Source of the DNA: Rhodosorus marinus CCMP1338
Lineage: Eukaryota > Plantae > Rhodophyta
Direction of reading: 5' to 3'
Length of the DNA stretch: 64,000 nucleotides
Assembly (NCBI GenBank): GCA_029953675.1
Contig: JAMWBK010000001.1
Location: 1,984,001-2,048,000, forward strand
The translations under genes were made by a program, and so were the position numbers. Shown here one piece after another: positions 9,661 to 22,434 of the stretch (position 1 is the first letter of the stretch; each line of letters opens with the position of its first letter). The notes beneath the pieces were generated by a model that saw only the letters and a program-made list of their open reading frames with translations, was not told the origin of the DNA and did no database searches.

Positions 9661-12116
9661 CTCGCACGGACAGCGCAACGCGTTGTTTTGGTTGAAGGAG
9701 AAATCGGTTTTGTATGTTGTGGATTCAGCGTATTGACCTGAGAGTTGTTGTCAGCGCGGGAGTCGGTCTTGATCATTAGCCCCAGCAAAAACCATTCAGG
9801 CCGTTGGACAGAGGATGGTGGGCGGGGGCCGTATGGAAGGTACCCTTCCCCTGCTTTGGGCCATGTAGAGGGTGTCTTCGAAGCTCGATTGCCCACAGTT
9901 TACGCCTCCAGAAATCATACTCCCACCAACTAGAACGATTTTGCAATAGGCCGGTAGATTTCATCGCATCCCCCGCACATTGGTTGTTGTGTAGGCTAGG
10001 CTAGAGCATAGGGTTTTTTCGGAAGGATACACTTAATAATACGCTGACGATCTATCTTTAAAGACTTTGTATGCAGCGCTCCCGAATGGATCTGTGTCTC
10101 TGCCTGGATGACTAAGCGTTGATCTTATAGACTGGCTCATACACAGACAGAATCAGGGGAAAGCTGTAAGAACCCCGGCTAAGTCACAGCTTGGTTTGGA
10201 CGCTGTCTACCACAACAGTAGGGAAGTCACCGAAAAGAGTCGAATGTGCCAAGACCTGGTACCTAGATGCTACCCGCGGCTACCATTCAGTCATCAGATG
10301 GAATCGTGCACCAGGGAGTGTTTCAAAGCAGCCTGCAATGCCCTTGTCACAGCTTTGGGCCAACTAGCATTCTTGTACGTGATTTAAGCAGATCTCCGGG
10401 TTTAGTTCAATTATATATTTTATCTAGCCGAACTTTAGAATGCGACGCAAGATGTAGACCGTTTCGACTTCCCGACAGGGACCACGACTACGGATGGCAG
10501 AGTAGCGACGCTGAAAACATACTCGTCATGGGAGTGCGCCCAACAATCAAAACGTTACGACCAGAGCAAAATCTAATCTTCATCGTTAAGTACGGTGTTG
10601 CGATAGGTCCACTGGCTTCGTGAGAGCGAGCTCACTGACCACGACCCAGAACACTAATCGGGCCAGCAGAGCAATGCATGTTTTCATCCATGTCATGTTG
10701 AGCTTCCAAATGGCAGAAGTCATCAGCAACCTAGAACAAGCATCCGTTCAATCCCGATCCAAACTTCCTGAGGGCGCTACAGTGGACGACAGACTTTAGC
10801 ACAAGTGACTCCTCCCTCAGCGGAAGTCGAAGAGAAAACCTGGAGATTGTCTCAAGTTCATGGCCCAGAATGTGGACTCTTAGGTCACTCTTCACAAGCT
10901 TCCTTTTCACGCGATTAATGTCTTTGGGAAGCGGACAGTACAGCAGTCTTGATCAGAACGGGAGGTCATCTAGGAACGTTGCTATATATACTCTGGTCGT
11001 AAAGCGCAATGGAAAGCGCAGAGAATTCCGCTTATTTCGCCACGGAGACCTGTACAACTTGTAAGCTTCTTCAGCTGTACAATTATCCTAACTTCACCTC
11101 TTCAACGTTCACGTACGGTTGCTGTGCCGCCAAAACAATAACCTCCAAAATACCCAAATCAGGAACTAAATAATTCTAGAAATATGATATCATTCTAAAT
11201 AAGAACAACAATCCCTGAAAAAGTGAAATATTTAAGACATCTGAATCTAAAATATGAAATATGAGATACTAAGCTAACCTAAAGCTTTTCTTTTGACAAA
11301 AATCGACACCTGCAGCTTCGTAACGTCGTTTTCGACAGGTCATTGGCCTCGATTCGACCTAAATGATAGCTCTAGCAATTGCAACATGCAGTTGCCCACA
11401 CTTCCACTTAATTTTGCAAAGCAAAAGCCCTTTCTTCTACCTTCAAGTCAACCCTTCCGCCAGGCCAAAAGCTCGGAGTTGGCGGAATCTGTTGCAGAAG
11501 GTAGAGATAAAGTTTCCTCCCAACGGATACTCTCCCAATGCTTCCGTTCAAACATGCAAGCTCTTATCAGGTAAGCATGGACCAGCCGAAGTCGACCAGC
11601 ACCTAGGTTATTGGTCCGAGACTGCGAAGGCCACCGGTTTCCGCGGACAATGTGAAGGCTGTTGAATCCTCTGGACTTTCCTTCACGACCAGAGTATCTG
11701 TAATGTGGTAACTTTTCCTAGACGACATCCCTTTCTATTAGGTACCCAGGCACTTTTCATTCATCCCCAACGCCATAAAGCGGTGGCTGCTGTCACGTGG
11801 AGACATTCCCGTTGACAATGGGGGCTGGTGATGAGGAAGAGGAAGAAGATATATAGAGGTTCTTGGCTATCAACTGGAGGCCAATCTCGAGGCTTTCAAT
11901 TCGCCAGTGGGATAGGAAGGAGTCAATTGTTGGTCACTTCCGTTGTGTAGTTTGACGCTCGCACCCAAGTCTTGACCTGGATCGGGTGGATGCTAGTTGT
12001 GAGTCGCTGAGTGCTTCGATTGGGCGGATGTTGATAGGGAGCTTCGGGAGATGATATGTTTGGAAATGCGAATCTAGCCTAGCATTATCTGTAGAAAAAC
12101 CACGTGTTCAAATCTG

Positions 12117-12967
12117 ATGTCTGAGTCTGTTTGGGACGTGGGATTAGGACAAGATGAACCAAAAGTGGCACTGGGACTAGAGGGGTGGGAAGCGGCGCAA
12201 TCCTGGATTTTGCGAGTCGGCCGAAACGTTTTGGCTGCCGGGTTTATCATTGCTTTTTTTGCGTACTTAGCGAGCTTCCTAGACGACGCACGTCTTTATG
12301 TGAGCGATTATCGCCGAAGAAACGGATCATTTCGTGGGTTTGCTACGGATTTGGGTAAGCTTTGACCTTTAAATAACTTGTGCTGTTTTACACGTTCAGT
12401 TGGAGCTGACAAAGCCAAGAATTTCTGGGCAAACAGCATCTCGTTTACCACCGATGCCTCGACTTGGAAGGGGTCCCAGAGCCGCCAAGCCTCACTATGA
12501 GACCACATTTGTTAAACATGAGCAACCTGCTCCAGAGGAAGTACGGCAGCTCAGACTCGAGAAGCTTGAAGGGAGTGGAACAGAAGCAGGCGCCCAGGCG
12601 GGGCCATCCACCTACGTCAGGACGGCGATGCACGAGAAAACTGAACGGCCGAATCCCGGTGAAGTAAAAAGCATCCGGATTCAGAAGCTTGATGGGCACT
12701 CGGGCTCAGAGAGTCCTCCACCCACAGCTGGAAAGAGATTTCCAGGCATGAAGAAGCAGGATAACCCAGGCACAGAGGAGCTTCGCAATCTACGGATCGG
12801 ACGAGCGACGGCGGAATTGTCGGACTCAAACGCTACCGCCCCGGAACCAACCTCAACTGCTAGCCGGATTGGCGGCTCAGGTTCTTCCAGCACCATAAGA
12901 AGAAGAACGAATATTTCTAGGACAATCGAGAGGTAGGAAAGAAGCCTCTGAGTGCCTCTCCGTGTAC

Positions 12968-12998
<31 letters not shown>

Positions 12999-14029
12999 TC
13001 TCCCTGTCGCGTTTGCTTTCCCTTGCGAGCGGATTGGGAGCCTTGTCAGCTGGGCTTCTGAGCCTTGTCCGAGTGGATCTTGGTCTAAGAGATTTTAGAT
13101 TGCACATCTGTTTCAATGTTCAGATATAGTTGCCATTTTACTCCAGTTTGCTCATCACGCAGAGAGCTTGTCTCCTTTGGACTCGCAAACACCATTGATC
13201 GCTTTCCATCCTTGTTCTACCTGTTGCCAAAGATTGGATTCTGAGTCCGCCTACCTAGCAGAATGAGAGAACTTGTTCTTCGCTTCGTGTTGATTCTGAT
13301 TCTGAACTGATCGTTTGGCGTTTCCTTCTGGCTGTAGGGCTATGGACGATCGTGGTAGCAGTCCACGGGACTGGCAATGGCATAATACTGTGCTGACAAG
13401 TAGTCAGAGGGCATTGGAAAGTGACAGAAGGCTGCGAGAGGAACAGGACAGGGAGTTTGCTGCTTCTTTGGAACGAGATCGGGAGTATGTGGTCGTTTCC
13501 GAAGGTTCGGGTTTGTCGAGGGATGCATCTGATCAGCTTTTGTTTCTTGTTGATGTGAAAGGTTAGAGGAAGAGAGGCAGATGTATGAACAAAGGAGGGC
13601 TGAGGCGGCGGAGAGGTTGGGGGAAGAACCATCAGAGGATGAGAAAGACTACGTAGTGGTCTGTTGCCCACGGCTTTTGGATACTGTTTTTGCTACCTCA
13701 GAGATTCCTCTTATGGCTCTGAAATGAATCTGGTTGTGGTTTTGGGGGGATTTTCACAGGTAAAGGTAGTTCTGCCGGACGGTGTGTCGAAGACGAGACG
13801 GTTCAGGGCGAATGACCCGGTAGTCAGACTGTTCGACTTTGTCGAGGCCTGTACAGGCCTTGAACCTGGCTGGTATGTGTTTATGAGAAGTACCTTTCAG
13901 CTATCAAAGGAAATATGTCTTGAAGACGTCCTAGTGGGGCGTACTAATGACGGTGATGTACAGTGGATGACTCTCCGAGAGATGGAGATTGAGAATTATG
14001 AAACACTTCGAGTCAAGATCATCGACTAA
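12117..14029 (+). CDS. Membrane-anchored UBX-domain protein (p97/Cdc48 cofactor) with three VBM-like motifs; multi-exon, 5' end uncertain
   Basis: 3' exons encode RRLREEQDREFAASLERDRE and a UBX fold (VKVVLPDGVSKTRRFRANDPVVRLFDFV). Phase-compatible GT-AG joins link the TM exon (12117-12299) to 12400-12932 and then to 13338 onward. The UBX part is confident; the joins are inferred. Confidence 0.68.
12968..12999. repeat. (TA)n microsatellite within the putative UBX intron
   Basis: Run of TA dinucleotides with one interruption. Confidence 0.9.
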
Positions 14030-15713
14030 CCAAGCAAGAATGTTGACGGGAAGGGAGAGCACGAGGGGCGCTCTCCCTTCTCGTCGCATTGGAATGTATT
14101 GGATTAAAATTTACTTGCGATGCAACCACGGAGGCCAAACTCTGTAAAGAGACTGGGGGCTGATCTTGAACTAGGTCAATGCGCCCAGTTCGTCTCCACA
14201 AGTTGATGGGACTAGTGTTTCCTCTCAACGTTGCAACCCCAGGAGCTGGCTAGGTCTCCCTGATGAGGACCAACTCTTCTCATGCTCAAGATTCAGAGCG
14301 GATGAGATGAAAACCTGTGCGCAAGGTTTTCATCTTCGAAGAGTGGCTTCATCTTTGGTGCCTTGCTGTGCCGGGTCAGCGTGCTTGTGCTTTTCCTTTG
14401 CTCTCTCAAGAATTTGGGCGTCGCCCGTGACAACGACGTCGGAGGCCAACTAGCCTTCTTTCTTGTGATAACCACTGCATCCTTAGCCACAAATACGTCG
14501 TGTCTGTCAAGTAGCCGTGAGTGGGAGAAAGTCCAAACCCAGCCCAGACTTGCTGGGCACGGCGACCCATTATCACTGCCTTTAGCAAGTTAGCCAATGG
14601 ATAAAGCAGTGGCTGCAGGAACCCATACAAATGCTAATATCTAAAAGAGTAGTAGATTCTGTTGAGTAAAGGAATCCTCCCGAAGTAAGTTTTGTGAAGG
14701 TCCTCCTCGTCTGGAGTCACACAGCACCCAGCTACGATCCAATGACAACAAGCCTGTGAGGAAAACCGCAGCTTCGCAAACGTTGGGCTCTTGAGCCGAA
14801 GCAACGAGGTCAACCTTGCTTGCCAGGGCGAGCTGACGAGGAGCTCGTCCTGTTCTTTCGATTCTTTCCCATTGGATGTCGTGTGGGCGGTCCTGGATTG
14901 GTTAGGGTTCAGAAATCTTTTAAGTCTAACAGAGCAACTTTGTTGTTTTCGCCCCACGGCCCGCTGAGGAAATATACTCCCTGTACACCGCGAGTCTCCC
15001 GACGTCTGAGATTTTCGGGTGGACCCGAACTCCTCTAATGTCCTGGCTCACCTGAAGTCGCCAGCACCAGCAATTTATTCCGCGCCTATCTACACCCCGA
15101 GCGGAAAGGGAGACGGTGATGACTCGCGTCCAACAACAGAGCAGCATTCGAATGTCAGGGAGTCAGCACCCGGCTCCGTGACGATGCTGTCAAGACGGCG
15201 CGGGGGAATGGCGAAAAACACGACGAAGCCAGCGAGAAGCAGCACTGTCTAAAAAACCCAAAGCATTCGATGATCAGCTGTACAAACCGATGGGACAGCA
15301 CCGAGCCCCAGCGTCTCTTCGATGGTACCGACCATCGGTATTCCGTTGACCGACCAACAGCATCATCCAGAGAATCGAGTGCCATCCTAGTCGGTCGGCA
15401 GGCAAGGCAAAATCTTCAAGTGTTGCGAGCTCTGTTTCAAGTGAATCAAAGCAGTCATCTTCTCTATGGCAGAAAAGGTCAGAGATGCTTTTCAATGAGG
15501 TCTAGAAAGCTGAATTGGTTCACGCCATCTCATCTTCAAGGGACAGAAGCTCCAAACTTCCAGAGCAAGTTTTCCAGAACAAGGTTAGGGTAAGCAGACT
15601 AGCCGAGCTTTAAAGGGAATGGTTGAAGTGCGGTGTGGCTTGCGGCCTTAGTCACACAAGAACAGGTTATCGATAATGACAGATCGCTGGCTCTGAGATG
15701 GCAACTATGCCAA

Positions 15714-15733
15714 AGAGAGAGAGAGAGAGAGAG
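15714..15733. repeat. (GA)n microsatellite
   Basis: About 10 GA units. Confidence 0.9.
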
Positions 15734-15966
15734 GGAGAGGGTGTGAATTGCGTCAAAGATTAATTCACTGAGCTGTTGGTGAAGAAGAGTAGAGTCATCG
15801 TGTGTCTACAAAAGAGGGACGGGAACTGGTGATTGGGAAAGGTAGACTTCAGCCTAGGAATGGTTTGAAGAAGGAAGCTGGGGGTGGAATGCCTGGGTTG
15901 TACAAGCTGAAAAGGTCGTTTTGGGGAGGATAGACCGAGGGTAGGAACGAGTTTGAAGCAGAAAAA

Positions 15967-16230
15967 GACGGGAGAGTGGATTGATTGAACAAGTGCAAGG
16001 CTGGTCAGACTGATCAAGTGATTCGGGGAAGGAGGAGGGAGGGATTGGGTTAAGCAGCTGGGAGTGGATGTATTGAACAAGTGCATGTCTGGTTTTGGCT
16101 GACCAAGTGATGCGGGGAAGGAGGAGGGAGGGATTGGGTTAAGCAGACGGGAGTGGATGTATTGAACGAGTGCAAGTCTGGTTTAGGCTGATCAAGTGAT
16201 TCGGGGAAGGAGGAGAGAGGGATTGGGATT
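15967..16230. repeat. 89-bp tandem repeat, 3 copies, upstream of VPS50
   Basis: Unit GGGAGTGGATGTATTGAACAAGTGCA...TGATCAAGTGATTCGGGGAAGGAGGAGGGAGGGATTGGGTTAAGCAG starts near 15967, 16057 and 16146, with few substitutions. Confidence 0.95.
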
Positions 16231-16769
16231 GGGTTGGATTATGGTTTGAAAAGGAAGAGCGTTTTCTGGGGATGGATTTAGGATTATATTGAGTGAACGA
16301 GTTGTATTTTCTGTTTTGGGGGGTTTTGACGGTTAGGTCTTGTTAGCGTGTGAAGTTTGAATTGGACCAGAGGAGTAGTAAGAGAAAGTTTGTTTTGGAA
16401 GAAGTTGCAGGGTATGGATGAAGAAGACGGAAGCGGGACCTGCGTTGGGAGGTGAAGAGAGCATGGAATGATGTGCTTCTGGATAGCTGCTCTTCATGTG
16501 AATGCGTGAAGGAAAGAAGAGTGTCATCTTTTGAGGATTTTTTTTATTCAGTATTGGATCCTTCTGGAAATTTTGCGTTTCTGTTCGTGGAGGGGATCGC
16601 CTGCTTTCAGAGAATGAGAAGGAACACCGTGGCGTGATCTGTTTGAGGTGGAGAAAGACGTGTATAGACCCCCGCTTGAAACTCCCATCCGAGGAGGGGA
16701 GAAGCTGCGGGAGGTTTAACGGAAACAGCTTAAAGGGTGTTGGAATTCGCAAACTTCCAGAAGAAAAAA

Positions 16770-19700
16770 ATGTCAGCTGCGCCCAAATCAAGCGGGTCTC
16801 CTGCCGTGTTAAGACGAAAGCGATCTTCGAAGGGGAAGGTAGTGGCCCCTCCCAAAGAGGAGGACTACAAGGAGTTCATCCGATGCTTACCAACTTCCAT
16901 CTGTGAGCTTGTCGATGAAAATGGATCTGTAAATCGCGATTTCGGTATGTTTTCCAAGCGTTATTTTCTGAAGTAGGAAGGAGTGTCCAAGTTCTGTGGC
17001 TTAAGACAGCGGATATCTCGCTTGCTACTGTTCGTTTCTCGTGTGACCAGATGTTGATCCAGACCAGAACTTCGATTCCTTGCTGTATTCTGCACAGTTG
17101 TTTGAGCAGCGTGGAAGTGAAGGTTCTCTGGAATTCACGAGTCACGTGGATCGTCTTGACAGCGAGCTGGGGAAAAGGTATTGACAAGCCTTTTGCAGTG
17201 CTTATCGGTTGCTTTGCTAGTCCTTTAACGCAAAAATTGCTGAGAGATTTGTCTTTCGGTTTGTCTGTAGGATGGGTGAACTAATGCTAACTAACGAGGA
17301 GAAAGCAGAGGTCGCAGATATAAAATTGAGCTTACTAGTCGCCGAATTAACTTCCTGCCTTGATTTGTACCGGAATGCTAGAGGTCAGATAACGGTCTCT
17401 GCGACATACGCAGCGCAAAATGGAGATCATGTACTTGCCTTGGACGCAAAACGAAAGTTCATCAAACAAGTGCGTCAAGCGTCACCTGCATTTCAATAGT
17501 CGTATTCTGTACCCGTTTAGACATCCTTTTGTGTCTAAAACCCCGGTTCTGGGCTTTGCCTCGTCCAGTTATCCCAGGTGCTTTCACTAATTAGGCTATT
17601 GAGGACAATCGAAGCAGATGCAAATGACGCTTTGGCAAGTGGGGAGCTCTCTCAGGCCCACCATCTCTGCAAAGAGTACGACGCAGTATTAACTAAGGAG
17701 CTCTTCGAAGCGTCCAAGTACGGCTGCATGAAGGAGACATCAGAGCGAATCGCTCAGGTTGCCGTAAGTCCGGGGCCCGGTGGTTTTCCTGGTGATGGTT
17801 GTGGGAGATATCCTCTAAACCGTTCTCTGTGTTCATTGAAACTAGGTCGATTCATTGCGCCAACTGCATGGAAGCCTCCGACCGGTCTGTATTAAGTTTG
17901 ACCAGGAAAAGATCGACAACGTTCTCGTAGCTTATCAAGAGCTCAAAGCAGGTGCATTAGCAACTTCTATTTTGATCTTGTTTCGTGTCGTACCGAGGGT
18001 CCTAATCCGAACAATCCACTCTCATCAGGCAACGAACTGCTGCAGAGGTTGATGTCAGAATACACCGACGCGATCGAGGGCTCGCTCGTCATTAACGGTG
18101 ATGACTCGAAGTCGGAGAGCCCGTCTCGCTCGAAAGCGGCGTCATTTGCAGATCAATTCATTGATACAGCAGAGGCTCTTGTGGACGTGCTGCTGAGCTT
18201 CCATCGCATGGTCGAATATTGCCACAGAAAAACTTCTCCAGATCAGGAAGATCTGGATTCCTTCACAGACAGTATTGGAGTTGCGTTGGGCTCTCGAAGA
18301 GAAGAGATTTGGAGCGTTGCTGTAGGCGGACTGATGAGTGTACGAGAAAATCCTGCACTTTGAAGTACTGCAGACCGGAGATTTTGACCTACTACTTCAT
18401 TCTACCTTCTTTTGCGCAGTTGGTGGAGATCAACCGGGAGAAAGTGAACACTCTGAAACCTCAAGCACTAGGCAAACCACTAAAAGTTGCGAGGATATTC
18501 CACCGATTCGGAGCCGTCTTCCTCGACCTGCACGAGGAAGACGTGCTTCTAGACTGTCTTCAGGAGCTGGAGAGGATTTACCTTGCTTCGTTCCGTTCTA
18601 TGCACCATAAGAATATTGAGCTCATGTCCGTCATGTTGCGCAATGAAACCTGGGAGAGCGCTCGTATCTCATCTCAGGTAAGCCCTAGTCGATTCAGATG
18701 CTCGGTACTTTGTCAGGACGTTCTCGAGGAGGATTTGTCATTGAACATCAATGATCATTTCTGTTGTATCAGGACCTGACCTCGATCCGGAAAGCAATCA
18801 AGCTGCCTGTGCAAATGGCGAATGAAGCGATCGAGATAGACTTGGAGAGTGGGGAAAACCCTATCCGTGCAATGCTCGATGGAGGACTAAGCGATGGAGG
18901 AACTAAGGCGGGTAGGGAACTAGATTTGCTGGTGTGTTCATTGGCTGTGCTTGCACGAGAGGTTCTCTGAACTCTAGTGTGTTTGAATGTTTCTCATTCG
19001 AGGGTCTTCAATGATTGAATTGGATGATGATGAGGACACCGCTTCCTTAGCTGGGTCAAGTGTGTATACCGCGACCTCCCTCGCCGCTCTGAGATGGATC
19101 GGAAGATACGTACAAAGTTGCGAATCGCTCCTTTCGGCCGTTGAGACTGTGGGGGAGGCTATTTTGGAGGTTTTCCTTGTGTATCTTTTCAACGTCACAG
19201 AAGTATGCAACAAACGGCGTCAGGGCTCAAGAACACTCGATAGGGTAAGACATTGAGTCGGCCTTTCTAGCTTCTTTGGCCAGTCCGGTTGAGACAAGCA
19301 GGTGGTCACTCACCGCGATCGTCTTAAAACTCGATCTCCAGGTTTCTACTTTGGAGAACTTTCTAACGAGGTCGGAGCGCACTATGCTCACTAGATTTAG
19401 ACGAAAGCACGGCCAGAGTGAAGGAGTCGGATCAACTGGGGACCCGGCTCTAACCTTGCACAGGCTCTGTGTTTCTGTAGAATCCATGTGGACGTTGTCG
19501 GCGCTGGTTGACCCTGTTGTAGTTAAAGTTCGTGCGCTGTTGGAGAATGGTGAGCTAGTCAACTCTCGCGTTGGGTTTGAAGGCAAGCGGTAGTGCCCGA
19601 GAGTCTCCATCGTTTTTTGACATTCGAACAAAACCGCTTTCCCAACCTCAGGGTCCAAGAAAGCTGGGGGAAGCGGCACGGGAGTATTTGATAGTTCAAG

Positions 19701-21919
19701 TCTCCTCGCGAAACCCATCAGGAGGGCTGCGTACGTGCTTTTCTCATACGATGTTTGTATAGGATTGGTGCGGGCGGTTGGTTCAACGGGATACGATCTT
19801 CCGGACAAACAGCAGGAGTACTTCGCAGGCTCCAGCTTTGTGGAGCCCGTTTCCAAAAAAATAGCCGCGGCGATGTCCCAGTGAGTTGCTTTTTTGTTGT
19901 GCGTCTCTGGTTTTCCGAATGTCCTGTTCCTCAGCGAGAGTTTGTTTTGTTTATGTTTAGGCCTTTGGTTCCAGCTTCGGCTGAGCGAATGTCAGAATAT
20001 ATATGCAAAGCTGTTATGAGATCGTACATCGAAGGAATCTCGAACGTTGAAAGGTGCTCCGCATCCGGCAGAGCTCTGATGCTGGTGGACTTTCGAAGCT
20101 TAGAGGATGCTCTGCAGAAGGCGACCGGAATGAGAGTAATTCCTGAAGCTGAAAAGGTTGTCACCCTCCCCACAATTGCCGGTTATGAACCAAGCTGTGA
20201 AACATGAATGGAATTGCTGAACGAGAAACTTCGCCCGAATCAGGTTGAAAACTACATCAAAGCGTATTACCTGAACGAAGCAGAGCTAGCCAATTGGGTC
20301 GCGACGAATTGTCGAAACTACAAACTGAGCTTGAAGCAGGTAAATTCTTTAGGAGAAGTTGGTCCAGGACGGTACGTTGCGGGGAAGACTTGGTCCAAGT
20401 GCTTGTTGCAGTCCAGTACCCCTTGCTCACTATGTTTGGTTTGATTCTCGTTGCGGATGGTCAACTCACCCGTAGGTTTCTCACAGCAATTGAGAAGTCC
20501 CGACTGCGTGAGAAAATCACACATGAGTACAACAAGGCAATGGCGAACAAAGCCCCATCATCGAAAGCAGCCAGTAGCGATGACGACAACACATCCGCTG
20601 GCTTGTTTAATACAGCAAATCGTCCAGCATCGGTGGACGCCCTTAGCAACGCGAGCGCGAAACCTCCTGCTGTGCCAAAGCTAGAAAGTAGACCTCCAAG
20701 CCTGCCGAAGGTACCCGATCCCGCAGGACGACAAGAGAGGGTTGCCGAGCCATCCGGTCCAGATCCAACACTCCAACCAAGAGTCTCTGCTCCACAGAAG
20801 GCAACTATCTCGAACGCAGAGCAGATTGTGTCAAGGAGCATCGATTCCAGTGATGGTGGAGGCAATATACCTGATGCAGAAGCAGCCAGCTCACCATCCA
20901 AAGGAGGAAAAAAATCCGAGAAAATCGTAGGCACGGCCGCACCTGATCCGGTTGCTGAAAGAACGACGTTGGAAGATGGTGATCTTGGGTTGTCTTCTGT
21001 TGGAACGGAGGCCAAAGTGGACAACTCTGAACATACGGGAAGTACCTTGGACTGCCGGCACCAAATCACTGCTGACGCAGAAACCCACGAGCGGGCGGCA
21101 CCGGACTCCACAGGACAGGTTGAGAAAGCCGAAGAGGGTGTCAAATCTGAGCAATCAGCGGCGCCGGAAGGACTCCTGGGAGACGAACCCACGCTATCGG
21201 ACGAGCGCGAACAGCTCGACTCTGCTACACAGGACGCGGATGGAGCTTCGCCCTCTGATCGTGAAAAGCTAACCCGGGAGATCCGGGAAGAGAGCCTCGG
21301 AAATGAAGCGAAGAACAAGGGGATGTGGAATGGGGCGGAAGAAACGAAGGAAGCTGGGCGAGATAGAGCTGACAACGCAGAATCTCCGAACCGTGTGTCC
21401 CCGGGGGGGGAGGGTTCTGATGTTGGAGTGGTTGATGTACCTGCGGCTGATCTAGTCGAGAATCAGAGTGTTCAGGAAGAGAAACAAGTCCTAGCCGCCC
21501 TGAGTGAAAAATTCATCAGCTTGGCTTCCCCGAAACCACCGGAAACCGTCCCCGAAAGCGGGCAACAGTTGACGTCGGAGTTCCGCACAAGCAGAGATGA
21601 TTCGAATGCGGCAGCAGCTGATCAGGTCCATGTGCCTGCGGGGGGGAAGGGATCTGATGTTGGAGCGGTAGATGAAGCCGCAGCTGATCCAGTCGAGAAT
21701 CAGGGCGTTCAGGAAGAGAAACATGTTGTAGCCGCTCTGAGTGAATTCATCAGCTTGGATTCCCCGAAACCACCAAAAGCCGTCCCCGAAAGCGGTCAGC
21801 AGTTGAACTCGGAGTTCCGCACAAGCGGAGATGATTCGAATGCGGCAGCAGCAGATCAGGCAAAAGATGAGATGGAGGATACACGCAAAACAAGCCCGTC
21901 GTCCGGTCAAGTAGATTGA
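16770..21919 (+). CDS. VPS50: Syndetin/VPS50 (EARP complex subunit) with an about 470-aa disordered C-terminal extension; many introns
   Basis: Motifs MHHKNIELMSVMLRNETWE, ALRWIGRYVQ, YIEGISNVERCSASGRALMLVDFRSL and VENYIKAYYLNEAELANWV match the VPS50 family as I recall it. Intron 20372-20475 joins in frame to the ORF ending at 21919. Confidence 0.88.
21400..21860 (+). repeat. Intragenic tandem duplication (about 237 bp, 78-79 aa, 2 copies) in the VPS50 tail
   Basis: GG(E/K)GSDVG...ENQ(S/G)VQEEK...PKPP...PESGQQL(T/N)SEFRTS(R/G)DDSNAAAADQ occurs twice, with high DNA identity. Confidence 0.95.
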
Positions 21920-22434
21920 CGTTTTTTTCTTTTTTCTGACGCACCGCTCAAGAGTAGTGTATGCAAGCTTGAAGGAACTGGATCCACTTGCCATGCACGG
22001 ACTATTCTGACGGAACCCAGCCCGTACAACATCAGCTGAGCTTCAATTCATTCTAAAAAGTACTCTCACAACAATATGGTTCGTCTTCGGAGAACTTTTG
22101 TACATTCACCATCCATGCTTGGCTGAGTTTCGAGATATTGAACCTTGAATTGGTGTGAGTGCACAATGTAGAGTTTCGTAAAGGCCAATACAAATTGTCG
22201 CCGTGCTCCAATTGTGAATCAAGGGCTCCATTTTCTTCTTTTTGAACGAGATGAACCCAGTTATGAAATTTAGTTGAGCTATGCACCGGCTACTATCCAA
22301 CAGTAGCCCCCTCAGGGGCGGTGTCTGATGTGAACTCTGTTGTCCAGTCCTCTCTCTGAATTTCACAAGAAACGGATGGGACGGAGAAAGTTTGGTTTTC
22401 GTTAGGAATCTCGAATGAGACCACCTTTGACGTC

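Noticed and set aside
10230-10300. KTWYLDATRGYH, resembling the copia protease motif WYLDSGA
   Set aside because: Only four matching residues; no gag, integrase, RT or LTR evidence nearby.
15967-16230. Regular repeats as a possible CRISPR array (also 33950-34110 and 52683-52885)
   Set aside because: Units are contiguous tandem copies without unique spacers, there are no cas genes, and the context is eukaryotic.
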